From Octopus vulgaris (Eukaryota): a stretch of 64,000 bases of DNA. The DNA is taken from NCBI GenBank assembly GCA_951406725.2, contig OX597830.1:46128001-46192000 (forward strand), given 5' to 3'. A model generated the notes under the pieces. It was given only the letters and a program-made list of their open reading frames with translations. It was not told the DNA's origin and searched no databases. Positions 1 to 12,440 of the stretch are shown here, one piece after another (within the stretch, counting starts at the first letter, position 1; every line of letters starts with the position of its first letter). A program made the translations under genes and the position numbers.

Positions 1-1014
1 GCTGAAACCGATTCGTTCAACTTCACAACGATTAACGGAGCGGAGAAATATACACGATATGTGTGAAGATGAACATTCGGACAACACAAAGAGTTGGTTG
101 GCTTTTTACACGATTTCCTGCACAACAAGACACAACCAGCAAACATAAATATGATTGATTTATACAACACTAACGATGTAAGGTTATATTTCTCAAAATC
201 TATTTCCAATGTCTTACAACAAATATAAAAATCAGGATGCGAATTGATTGGAAATACATTGTTCTGTGCATTTCCGTCCGAATGCTGTTGCAGAAAAGAT
301 ATAAAAAGGATCCACGTGTTTTAAGCAACAGATAACAAAGTTCACTGATTGCAAGGGTAAAAACTGAAGTAATAATTATTCGAAAAAAATATTAATTAAT
401 TGAACATCAAAATAGGAAGGAGAATGAAATTATAAAAAGACATTTGTTTCGAAATAACATCTTTAGGTGCGAGAGAAATGATAGCTTGTGACAATCTAGA
501 AATTGTAGCAGCCGAATTAAAGGAGAAGAATATAGATTGAGATTTCATAATTATATCGAGGAGATCAGTGGAGTTATCAAGGATATCAGGGTTGGCCAAG
601 CAACAGCATAGATAAAAGAGGCGTGAAAAGCAGACATTTAGATTTGTTTCATTAAGGAGTGACGTACATTCCGAGTTGTAGAGAGAAACATATTAAAGAA
701 TCGGCTCCTTCCTATTTTCGCTGCTGAATTGAAGCAGCAACGGGATGGAAGTTCCGATTCGACACGACCACCCAACGGTCACACTTACAAAGCAATCAAT
801 TACGAGAGATCGAAACACACTGTGGACCTATGTTTACCAGGAGATAAATCTAGGAGTGATCCACAGATCATTAATCGTGTAAAAAAAGTTCGGTTTACGA
901 GCAAAGGAGGAACCAGAAAAGAATTTCAATGCAACCAACATTTGCTTCGCGACTGTTTACAAAGTTGAGCGATGACAATGTTAAGCGAGACACCGAATAA
1001 CGGATGCGACTTAC

Positions 1015-1151
1015 TCTTCTTCCGACGGCGCCGATGTAAGGGCCGTGTCCACCTGTTCTTCAGTTCTCTCGACGTCAGCAGAAAAGGGATCGAATTCGTC
1101 TTGTTGCAAGCCACAGTTGGAATTGTCGACGGTCTGTTTCAGCTCCGCCAT
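1015..1151 (-). CDS. Probable first coding exon of an unidentified gene (MAELKQTVDNSNCGLQQDEFDPFSADVERTEEQVDTALTSAPSEE..., phase-2 intron follows)
   Basis: ATG in strong context (agaATGG) at 1151, an open acidic frame, and a canonical GTAAGT donor starting at 1014. It lies in a CpG-rich patch just downstream of two CCAAT boxes. No protein family recognised. Confidence 0.55.
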
Positions 1152-1196
1152 TCTCCCTCATGGCACAAGTCCGCACCTACGACAAGTGGTAATTTC

Positions 1197-1221
1197 GATT
1201 GGCTGATTTCTCGTCCAATCA
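1197..1221. promoter_or_regulatory. Pair of oppositely oriented CCAAT (NF-Y-type) boxes
   Basis: ATTGG at 1198-1202 and CCAAT at 1215-1219 (GATTGGCTGATTTCTCGTCCAATCA), 50-70 bp upstream of the minus-strand ATG. Confidence 0.45.
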
Positions 1222-1835
1222 CATCGCTCCAACCACTACCATCTCAGTTGTTGCTTTCTCGCACAGGTTTCATTGCATCGTTTCGAATTCTGCTTCCAGT
1301 GTTGCTGCTATCAATTACTGCAAGGCTAACGAAGAGACGAAACTAACGAGTCACGTCTAAATATTTTAGCCACTCAATTTTACCACTTATTTGTATCATT
1401 TTTGTAATCTGCCTGAATACTTAAAATTCCAATTGGAATGAAATGATAAATACATCAGAATCCGACTTGAAGCGTCTGCAGATTATATCTGAAGGAAATG
1501 GCAGAAAAATACCTTCAGAGATTTACCTTGATCACGTCCAACAAAAGGGTTATTAGCTTTTAGGGATTGAGTATTTAAGTTATAGGACAATATCTTTTCA
1601 CAAATTAGCACTTGTGACACACACACACACACGTATATGTGTGTGTGTCCGATATATATATATATACACACTCACACACACATACATACATGTATTGTTT
1701 CAACACACACACTTTTTAGTTAAGTACATGTTTGTTCAATTTTAAAACAAAGGATTGGCAATGACACCGAAGTTTCGACGTGCTGATGAAAGCAAGCATG
1801 CCAAAACTTCGAATCACTAACATTTCCTGGTAAAT

Positions 1836-2231
1836 GGAGTGGCTGTGTGGTAAGTAGCTTGCTTACCAACCACATGGTTCCGGGTTCAGATCCACTGCGT
1901 GGCATCTTGGGCAAGTGTCTTCTGCTATAGCCCCGGGCCGACCAATGCCTTGTGAGTGGATTTGGTAGATGGAAACTGAAAGAAGCCTGTCGTATATATG
2001 TGTGTATGTATATGTATTTGTGTGTATGTTTGTGTGTGTGTTTGTCCCCCTAGCATTGCTTGACAACCGATGCTGGTGTGTTTACGTCCCCGTTACTTAG
2101 CGGTTCGGCAAAAGAGACCGATAGAATAAGTACTGGGCTTACAAAAGAATAAGTCCCGGGGTCGATTTGCTCGACTAAAAGGCGGTGCTCCAGCATGGCC
2201 GCAGTCAAATGACTGAAACGAGTAAAAGAGT
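1836..2231 (+). mobile_element. tRNA-derived SINE, family A (internal TA/TG microsatellite, CR1-like tail)
   Basis: A box TGGCTGTGTGG, B-box-like GGTTCAGATCC, tail GGCGGTGCTCCAGCATGGCCGCAGTCAAATGACTGAAAC. About ten related copies occur in the window. Confidence 0.85.
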
Positions 2232-2461
2232 ATATGTGTGTGTATCAGGTAAATTGTTCGTGGTCGTTTAACACCGAGACATGAGTTTTGTGTGGAATTG
2301 GCAACGTTGTATTATTGTTTTGTCCCAGGTCACCTCTCATCGAACACCCCTGTGATCAGAACCATTCTGGTCATGAATATTGATTTCCCCTCGCACATAC
2401 ACCTTTTTTTTAACAATCGGGAGTATATTATCCAATGTATCATCTTTTTTTTTAAGACTGT

Positions 2462-2469
2462 ATAATATG

Positions 2470-2525
<56 letters not shown>
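2462..2525. repeat. (AAT)n microsatellite
   Basis: Direct reading of the sequence. Confidence 0.95.
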
Positions 2526-2527
<2 letters not shown>

Positions 2528-2624
2528 AATTATTGTATACAGTATGATTGAAGGGAGATTTAGTTACTACTTCGAGGAGGCCAAGCAGTCGCTAAAGGGT
2601 TTGACCCATGCAAGAAAAAAAATA

Positions 2625-2792
2625 GTGTAATAGGTGTAAAACATATACTAAACGAATATGAAAAAAATGCGCGCTGGCGAACAAGGGTTGGGGGAGAGGA
2701 ATGGTCCGAGTTGTCTCACCACAGCAGTGTAATAGGTGTACAACAACATGTAGTAAACGAATATGAAAAAAAAAGCGCTGGCGAACGTGGGG
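2625..2792 (+). repeat. Two direct copies of a ~65 bp motif related to the arms at 17620-18850
   Basis: GTGTAATAGGTGTA...AAACGAATATGAAAAAAA..GCGCTGGCGAAC at ~2625 and ~2727. Similar text occurs at ~17655-17730 and, reversed, at ~18780-18822. Confidence 0.6.
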
Positions 2793-2950
2793 TGTATATG
2801 TATACACACACACACGTCTGTGGGATTTGCATACAATGTACATATAGAGAGAGTGGGCTAGAAATAATTATATTTCAATAAATATATATACATACAGATA
2901 TACATACATTATATATATACACGTATATACATGTATGGACACACACAAGG

Positions 2951-2996
<46 letters not shown>

Positions 2997-3109
2997 ATGA
3001 CAAATAATATTTGTATATGCATATATACATACATATATGTACATATCTACATATATATTATATATATATGTACGTACATATCTACATATATATTATATAT
3101 ACATGCATA

Positions 3110-3340
3110 TATGGGTACAGGACGTCAAAAGAACGTGGGCAAAATGAAAAACGAGAACATAAAAAATCAAAAACATAGAAAACGAACTTTCTTTTTGAAC
3201 AACGAAAGCAGCAAATAGAGAAATGAGACAGGCAACATAAAGAACAATTCCTTCATCAGTTGTCCCTTGTGTTATCTACTCCGCGTTTCGAACGTTGGGG
3301 CAAGACGCGACTTCGTTAAAACAGCCGTTCCCGCAAAGCA
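3110..3340 (-). mobile_element. Penelope-like terminal-repeat remnant with degenerate hammerhead-like words
   Basis: The minus strand reads ...TTAACGAAG...CGAAACGCG...CTGATGAAGG..., typical of PLE pseudo-LTR text. The helices are not intact. Confidence 0.35.
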
Positions 3341-3710
3341 AATTTTAAAAAATTTGGGATTTGCGGAGGGATAAAAGTTGTAACAAGAATAGGACAGTAA
3401 GAACAAAACAGTAAAAACAAACGTTAAGGGTAGTTAAACCATAACGAGGTGAAGTGGTGAACGCTGGAGAAACGAGCTTTGACAAGAGACAGGCAAAGGT
3501 GTGTCTTGTCTCTTGTAAAGCAAGAGGAAAAAGAAAGATAGCCACTGGTCACATGTGAGCAACGAGAGAGTCAAAGAGGAAAAATGAGAGAGAGAAGGGG
3601 AGAGAAAGAGAACAGTGAAGGGGAGGAGAAGAAAAACAGAAAGAAGGAAGCATAATAGAGGGGGGATAGAGATAGTTGTAGAGTGCGCATCAGAATTATT
3701 AAGATAAAAC

Positions 3711-6700
3711 TTACTTGGAAATGGATGCCTGGCGTTCAATCATATAATAATATAAATTACTTTCCACTCTTGAGCAACCGACATACAGTTGTTCATGCGA
3801 GAAGCAGGGCTCTTCCAAGAGAAGACCAGTCACAAAGAGGGTTTGACCCTGAGATTTGTTAATGGACATGGCAAAACTGACACGAAGGGGGAATTGCAGT
3901 CTTCTGAACGTAAATGGGATTTCTGCTCCTGATGGAGTAAGAGGAATTCTTGAAATGAAGACGTCATCATTTTTTCCACATCCAGAAAGAACGGCAGCCT
4001 CGATCACCTTTGACAACATTTTCTTTATCACCAGTCGTGTCCCATTGCAAAGTCTTGGTGGTTCCAGATTGCGGAGTAGCATTACAGGAGTTCCAACTTT
4101 AAGTGCTAATATGTTGGGACGTAGTCCAGGTGGCTCCAACGAATTGAGAAATTCAGGAGGGTAGATCACCACTTCATTTTTAACAGACTTGTGAGTGTAT
4201 ATAGTACCGGGAAGAGAATGCATTAGCTATTGATTAATTTTGTTAACAGCGACGTTTTTTGGAGCTAATATTGCTCTTTCACACAGCCAATTGTGATTTT
4301 GGTAGTTTTGTGTGAAGTTGGGAAAAACTTTGTGCTTGAGCTCATCCACAGAATTAACAACAGAGGAAAATGGCCACACTTCCATTAGTCCTTCAAACAT
4401 CGAGAGGTACTTTGCCATCACCAAGTGTCAAAATGTCTTGTGCAAACTTTGCGGACATTTGGTCGCTGTGTTGCGGAGCCTTCATGTTAGTGGTAAGACT
4501 GAGGATCGTAACATGATACCACAGGGCAGAGAACTTTAGGCATGCTTGGACTTCATCTGTTCTAGTGCCTTTCAGAATGACAGGAAGAGTTTGCCTGAAA
4601 TCACATGACAACAGAAGCGTTACACCTCCCATTAGTGCCTGACAGTCTCGGATATCTTTCAGGGACCTATCTAATGCTTCCACAGCTCCCTTGTGAGCTC
4701 ATCCCAGACGATTAGATGACACCTTTTAAGTATCTGCCCCTGATCTGAGCTTTTGCTGATGTTGCATGAAGGCATCTCGGATACCGCTAAATTGAGAGGG
4801 AGTTTAAAAGTCAAGTGTGCTGTCCTGCCACCGGGTAACAAAGCAGCTGCAATCCCAGAGGAAGCCACAGCTACCACAATGTCCTGGTACTGCCTAACTT
4901 TGCAAGGAGAAGCTTCGTAATAAATGTTTTTCTTGTTGAAGTCCAAACATTGCAGCGTCAGAACCCTTGTTCACATACTTACAAACGTACTTTATGGACT
5001 TAACAGAGTTGAAAAACTCAACGTTGATGTGGGCATAGAAAGTCTTTGACAAGATTGGACAGTAGGGAACAATCCATCTATTATGAAACTCGTGCTGTCC
5101 GATAGTTGCTGTGAAACCGCCGTCTCCTGGTTTTCTCCGTCTGTATGATGGATACTCATCAGCACTTGTCTGAATTTCTTGTAGGAACCTCATTGGAAAT
5201 CTTTTCACATGGACCATGCACCATGTTTGCCTTAACTATTTCGTATAGTACTTTGTGTAAAGCTGGATCAAGAAGCTCTGCAGAGATTACCTTGTCGATG
5301 TCATTGGATTTGATCTTCGTTGACACCCAAAGCAGGATATGAGCATGTGGAAGGCCCCTTTTTTGCCATTCGATTACGTACATGTCATATTGTATGGGTC
5401 CGAAGACTTACCCATTTTTTTTTTGAGCTCCATGAGAGTGATTAACTTCAGATGGAAAACTCGGGCGAGGAGGTCACACCTGCCTCTAGGATTTTGACCG
5501 AAGAAGAGTTCGGCCTGAATTTCCTTCCACTTGGAATTGCATGTGAAAGTTATGAACAGGTCAGGCTTGCCGTAATGGTGGACGAAGGTCATTGCATCCT
5601 GTGTTCTTTCATGCATGTATCGGGGATTTCCAGTGAACGTGGAGAGCAAGATGCAAACTCTTCCTATGCTTGTTGGAGCAGCATCATTGTTGATGACATC
5701 TCAGAGATGGATGTAGCTGTCAGAGCGCAATTTTTTTTATGTGACCTGATGAAGCACAATCTCTCTGATTCCATTTTTGCGCACATATCGACTGCAAATC
5801 GATGAAATAGCTCTCGAGAGTGGTGGAGATGATTACAGCAGTTATTTCGAGTCATAAATCGATATGAGTAGAAGTCCATGCAGGATACTGGCTTGTTGAG
5901 ATGTTCATTACGATTTTGGGGTATCTTGCTGTGGTATATTGATGTGGTAGCCGTCCTCACAGTTAACAATGAGAAGCGGATATTGAAGCGTATCGTAGGA
6001 TCAGTGCGTTTCACTAATTCGTTGGAGGGTGGTGTCAAGTCGCCTAAGAACAATGTCTCCGAGATTGTGCTGTTCACCGTGAAGGAGTACAGCTATTTCA
6101 TTGCATGTAGGTGCATTGTAATGGCCTGCATGTTCCCTAGATGGTCTTTTCTGAGCATTAATGACAACATTAAAATTTGATGAAGCTTCCGTTTCCAAGG
6201 CATCCCTGAAGCTACGTACGTAGCTGTTTTTCTGGTGCAAAAGGTTTTGCAGTTGCATTATCAGGTGAAAGTTAGTGCCAGTGGAAATAGAGTTTCGTCG
6301 GGTGGCTTGTTCGTGTAAATTGACTTCAAAGTACAGTTGAAGGATTTGAGGATCTTGATTTTCAGCAGGTTCAAGCGATCCTATCCTATGGTAAATCTGT
6401 CCCTGCACTTTGAAAGTAGGCACAAACCCGCCTTCTTGAACAACATTAGCGCCGAAAGCTGTCATTTGGAATGCACAATTGTACTTCCGGATGTTATTGA
6501 GGAAATGTTTCGACACTGTAGTTGTGCCAGTGTAGAGTGACTTCAATAGCTATGGTGGATCTTGCAGCGGAGTGGGGTTAACTTTTCCATTAGCGCAACA
6601 CATAACAGGAGTTTCTCTTGACTGCTTCTTAGCATTGCAGAAAGAGCAAGTGGTGGACATATCTCCAATGTTCATATCTGGGTGGCAATCATAATGAAGC

Positions 6701-6720
6701 TTAGGGTTGTAGTCGAACGC
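3711..6720 (-). mobile_element. Decayed autonomous-type Helitron (Rep/HUH nuclease plus Pif1 helicase pseudogene)
   Basis: Frameshifted ORFs carry CCANGKV, YNCAFQMTAFGA, FKVQGQIYHRIGSL, PDLFITFTCN, VIEWQKRGLPHAHILLW, KYVCKYVNKG, VASSGIAAALLPGGRTAH, LIVWDE, DFRQTLPV and QFPLRVSFAMSINKSQGQT. Termini not located. Confidence 0.95.
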
Positions 6721-7768
6721 CTTTAATGACCATCGTGAGCTGCATGTTTAGTTTAACCACGACTGCGTACAGGTTCCTTTGTGGTTATATGCTTTGTCTT
6801 TGGTATTGTAGATTTAATTTAGAATTAATTATAAATGTAAATTTCCGTGCATCTAAAAACAAAACTCACTGGACTCTACGTCTAATTTATCTAACCCAAA
6901 CCAGTTTCCTTTCTATAAAAAGTACATTTTATCGCCTGTACTAAGAGTTTTCTAAGTAGATTTAAGTGTTCTGAGGTGTGTATTTACATCCTGTAACTCC
7001 TGAAAACGCAAATAGATATCCACGTATCCTAAGAAAGGGACTGAATAAGTTTCTAATATAAAAAAAATATTGGAGGAATAAAAAATAAAATTAACTGAGA
7101 CGATAAATGTAAGTTTATTAATGAAATTTATTTTTTGTCAGATTATTTAATTGGAAGTAGATAACTGGTTCTTAGTGAAGCGAAATAAAGTCAAGCAGGA
7201 AAATATACTATTTTGTCTGGGAAAATATGTCAGATTCCACAAAAATAAGTGATTAATATTCTCTGTCTCTAATTACGATCAAGAATAAAGGATGGAGGTG
7301 GTCATGCCCCGCGCGCCTACGTGTAGTTATTATTTTGATTGGAATTTACAGCCACTCCTGCTGCATGTGTGTGTTGGCGCATGCATATGTGTGTATGCTG
7401 TGAGTAGTGGTGGATCTCCGTCTTTCAACTACGAGGGTTCTGTTTTTTCGGTTCCCTGAAATTATCTGCTCCTGAATTGACATGTAAGTGACCGAGTGTG
7501 TCAAGGACACGTCTACCCTTAATATAATTCTCAAGCAAAATCAGCGGGTACAATTTCCTTCTAACAAGTGTGAAAATGATATTTGCCCAAAATGCTATAC
7601 AGAGGAATCGGTCCCAGGACCTCATAGTTGGGAAGCTTACTTTTTAACCATCCGTCTGTTTATTTTACGAATTTATGCAAGCATGCATGTATATATATAT
7701 GTAGATCGGTCGGTAGATAGGTAGGTATGCATGCATGTAAAATGAGTGTGTGCGTGCTTATGTATATA

Positions 7769-9056
7769 TCAGGTCATCCCATAAGTTCTGTCCGAATTTT
7801 GAATACAGGAAACAACTGATCAAATGTTACATTTAATTGAAATTTAATCATCAATGTACTTTCCCTGATTATCTATGACTTTCTTCCATCTATTTACAAG
7901 CTTTTTAATCCCATCAATGTAAAACTCCTTTGGTATCAAAGCGAAGAACTCTGAAATGTCAGTTTCGACCTCCTCCTGGCTTGCAAGCGTTATGTCCCCC
8001 AAATGATTCTGTAAACTACGAAACAAATGGTAGTCTGAAGGAGCAAGGTCAGGAGAATAGGGTGGATGAGGAATTTTTTTCCCAACCAAGCTCTTCGATC
8101 TTCTGTGATGTAATCTTTGCAGGTGGAGCCACGCATTGTCCTGATGAAACATCATTCCTTTTCGATTCACTAAAGCGGGCTTTTTTTTCTTCAAAGCTTG
8201 GTTCAAACACTCTAATTGCTGACAGTAGACTTGAGCAGTCATTGTTGCATTAGGTGGTAACAATTCAAAGTGAATTACTCTTTTGCAATCCCACCAGATA
8301 GAGCGAGGAGTCTTTTTTCCCATGAAGTTCCCTTCTCAGTTGTGGTTGAGCTTTTTCCCTTTTACCAAGCCACTGTTTACGACATTTAACATTTCGATAG
8401 AAGATCCATTTTTCGTCACCAATCACAAGTCTATCCAAAAAGGGTGAAATGAGTTCACAAGAATGGAGAGAAGAGCAGATGTCAACTCAGGATTTGCGGT
8501 TGCTTTGGGGCAATTCATGAGGCACCCATTTTCCAAGTTTAGGAACCTTTCCAAGTTGTTGAAGATGACGATGAACAGTTGTATGGTTTGAACTAAGCTT
8601 TATTGCCAATTCTTCAACTGATAATGCAGGATTTTCTTCAAGTAATGCCTCAAGGAGCTTATCATCAAACACAACTGGACGTCCTGTTCAATCTTCATCT
8701 TCAAGGCTGAAATCTCCACTTCTGAATTTTGCAAACCATCTTCTGCAAGTTCTTTCATTCAAGCATTCTTTTCCATAAACTGAGTGTATGTTTCAAGTCA
8801 CTTCAGCAGCAGAGTTTCCTTTTTGTACTCATAAAGCATTATGTGCCTTAAATGCTCTTTGGATACTTCTATGTTTGAAAGGATTTTAATCAAAGGAATT
8901 TTAATTCTATTATTCTGTAAAATAATATTTAATTAGTTTAAATGTACACAAATGCATAAAAATTATTTTTAATTCCATTAGACATTCTAAAATACTATTA
9001 AATTTCATTCAATTTTAAAAAAGGTAAAATCGGACGGAACTTATGGGATGACCTGA
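7769..9056 (-). mobile_element. Full-length mariner (DD34D) transposon, 1288 bp
   Basis: TIRs TCAGGTCATCCCATAAGTTCTGTCCGA / TCGGACGGAACTTATGGGATGACCTGA, flanked by TA at 7767-7768 and 9057-9058. Confidence 0.95.
7844..8872 (-). pseudogene. Mariner transposase pseudogene (frameshifts, start codon decayed to ATA)
   Basis: WVPHEL, GDEKWIFY, HQDNA and HPPYSPDLAPSDYHLF motifs are spread over several frames. Confidence 0.92.
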
Positions 9057-12029
9057 TATAATCTCTCTGATAGTCGTACCTTGCGTAGGTCAATGACTCT
9101 GGAAGCGATTCCATTGGGCGGCTAGCTCTAGTTTGCAGCCTTTGTGTTTAAGTCCATTGAAGAATTCAACATTGCCGAAGAGATGAATATATATTCATGC
9201 ATACATACATGCACAACATATATATATATGTAGATGGACCATTAATGAAAAGCCAGGAAGTAAAATAGTCAATAAAGCATAAAACTGAGTTATTACATTT
9301 GCTTTAATTATTTTGAAATTACGGAAGTTATGAATTAATGGCTAAAAATAGAATCACCTATCCTGTTAGTATCAACTGACAGAAGAATTATTTTGCAAAA
9401 AAAGATAAATAGTAGAGTTAAAAATAACAGGAACAATTCATGCGACCATAATTTCAGAATCAGCAGCCACTGTGTCATCCAGTAGCACTGCAGACAATCG
9501 ATACAGGGTTCAAATCTTCCATCAGTGTGCCTGTTCTTTTCTATCTCAAATTTGAAATTATGTTAGAGAAACTAAGAATTGCTTTAACTCTTTGTGTACC
9601 AACTCAACTATGAACCTCTTTTGGTCTTCTGATCAAAAGAGTCTATGGTTTCAAAATGTTCACTTTTAAATTAAAATCCCATCATAATTTCATGCAAGAA
9701 CATATTTTTTAATCCAAAGACAATTTTAAAAAACTAAAGATTTTTTTCAATAATTCTTGGTAAATTTTCAGTTATTTTCAAAATGTATTGAAACATATGG
9801 ACTGAATTTCATTAAAAATATAGTCAGAAGAGAGATAATATACTAAAGGAGTTAAATTTCTACAAGCCATGCAGTTGTATGAAACTGTGATATAACTGTA
9901 GATAAAGTTAAGACTATTGTCCAACAAGTCTTAGAATATCAATTTGAAACATAAAACAATTCTTGCTAATAAATTTAAGTGATTACAAAAGTCATTAAAA
10001 AAAGTACACTAATTACACTAGTACACTAAAATCAGATGATGTTTATTAATAAAATACACAATGCAAAGTAAAATGACCTAAACATAATGTAGATAATGTA
10101 AATAAGAAAGATATATCTACAGCTTTTTATTTGAAAGCCTTTGACTATGAAGATTGCTGATAATGGGAAAACATTCTTATGTTTTATTAAGTAAACAAAT
10201 AACTAGGAATGCTGTAACAGATCTGTTTTGGAGATGAATGTCTTCTTATCAGGAAAATGCATGAACAACAAAGCACAAATGAGTTGAAATAACAATTGGG
10301 TATAAGAGAAATCAGATGTAGAGTGCAAGAAAGAAGCCTCCACTGGTATCGACATGTAATGCATGAAGATAAGGATAGTTATATAAAGAAGTGTTGGTCA
10401 CTTAATGAGGATGGAGCCTGGAGAAGAGATCCAGGAAAACATGAGGTGGAGATGGTGTCAGGATCTTGAACCTTATGATGGGGATGACAAAGGATGAGAA
10501 CAACAGGCAAGATGCGGTATTTAAGAAGACCCATCCATCTCAGTGAAACCGACACTCTGAAAGCACAATGTGTACACACACACATATATTCACAACTTCC
10601 TTCTGAAGCTATCCCCACCACCCATCATTTCTCTAGATGCAGTATTCTGCTGTAATTAAATATGAGCAAAACCACATACTTCACCAGCTTTTCCTGATAA
10701 TACTCATCTTTTTCACAAGCTGGAGCCATTTGGTAGCTATCCATCGTTCTTTCTTAGTGCAGCCCTCTCCACCTGTATTTTACACTGATCAACCATTTGT
10801 GCTACCACCATACCTCTCTTTGTCTCACCATACATCCCTCACTTTTCCCGTGCCTTTCCTCCTCTCACACACTTGCAACCTATTCAACCACAAGCCATTT
10901 CTCTTCCATCCTTCCCAAGTCTAGAGTATCATTATTATTATTATTATTATCATTGAGTGAGAGAGCAGCATATGTCATCAAAGTGACATTGGGGTACAAA
11001 TATATGAATCCCAGTATACCCATCATGACTACCCATCTGATAAGGGTACACTAAGCACATGGATCAAAACCATATGGGCATAACGTGGTAATCTCATATC
11101 AAGATAAATAGTGCATAAATTTTGCAGGTGGCGCCCAGTTTAAATTTTCTTCAGGTGGAGTAGCCCCTCCCACTTAAAAGGTCCTTGAATAAGGTTTGTT
11201 TAAGGATGATGAATGAAACACCCATGTTTCCAGAGGTGAATTATTCAAATCCCAAAGAATTCCTCTCAACCCATGGCTACAATATTTCCCAACCACTTCT
11301 GCTCATGATCAGAGATGCACATATCGTCAGCCACTAAGGGACATGCTCAACTGGTTAAGCTCAAACAACTGACAAGCAAATCTGTGGTATTCAGCAGAAT
11401 ATTTGCTGTAATCCAAGGTAGTAAGCTTGCAGAATCGTTAGCACGCTGGATGAAATGCTTAGTGGTATTTCACCCGTTGCTATGTTCTGAGTTCAAATTC
11501 TGCCAAGGTCGATTTTGCTTTCCATCCTTTCAGAGCTGATAAAATAAGTACCAGTTGAGCGCTGGGGATCAATGTAATTGATTTACCCCATTCACCAAAA
11601 TTTCAGTCCTTGTGCCTGTAACAAACGATTGTTGTTGTTGTTATGCTGCTCTACATTCCTTTCTGAATTGTCAGTTATCTCCTACTTTCCCCAACCTCCT
11701 CCATCTCATGTTTCATTCATCATCCCCCACCCTTTATCAACTATTTCTCAATCCTACCCAACGTCTACAGTCATCACCTACTCTTACACCACTCCCATAC
11801 TACCCATCTCTAACAGTCTCTCACTCTCTCCCTACACTCTTGCAATCTCTACTCTCTGTTATTTCTATCCCTACACACATCTACTCATCTTGAACCTTGA
11901 TGCTTCAGTCTCACACCTTATTATCAATATGTTTATCTCTTTGAAGCTCCCGGCCCCTTCTCTCATACTTTAACCCATTGTTGCATAAAATTTCTCTTTT
12001 CTCCCTCTTTACTGCAGCACCACTTAGTC

Positions 12030-12440
12030 ATCAGAGGGGATCTTAGTCTTACAAGCTGTATGGTAGCCCCACCAGTGCTGGTACCAAAGAGAAAACACTT
12101 AATACACTCTGTATAAAGGTTAGCATTAGGAAGATCCTCAAACGGTAGAAACCATGCCAAACCAGACACTGGAGCCTGATGCTGTCCAGTCAGACCATTC
12201 ACCTCATGCCAACATGGGTTATGGACATTAAAAGATAATGATAGTGATGATGATGATGATGATGATTATATGTAACATCATCATCATCATCATCATTATT
12301 TAACATCCTCTTTCCATCCTGGCATGAGTAGGACGGTTTGACAGGAACTGGTCAGGCAGGAGCTTGCACCAGACTTCTATGTCTGTTTTGGCAGGGTTTT
12401 TATGGTTGGATGCCCTTCCTAACACCAAACACCCAGCAGA
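12030..12440. mobile_element. Two tail-to-tail copies of a (GAT)n-tailed non-autonomous retroelement
   Basis: The plus copy ends GGACATTAAAAGATAATGATAGTGATGATG; the minus copy starts CATCATCATTATTTAACATCC...GGATGCCCTTCCTAAC. The same family occurs at ~30940-31265, 33600-33850, 42226-42450, 44655-45070, 50700-51010 and 62660-62790. Confidence 0.65.

Noticed and set aside
972-1346. 124 aa plus-strand ORF
   Set aside because: Antisense to the better-supported minus-strand exon and promoter; no recognisable domain or splice support.
1863-2066. Recurrent [12 protein letters not shown]...[19 protein letters not shown] (also at 21268, 51038, 53436)
   Set aside because: Antisense reading of the family A SINE, not a gene family.
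9455-9530. tRNA-like sequence with GGTTCAAATC
   Set aside because: No convincing cloverleaf; at most a decayed SINE head. The tRNA-like heads at 16169, 35400 and 45403 also continue into SINE bodies.
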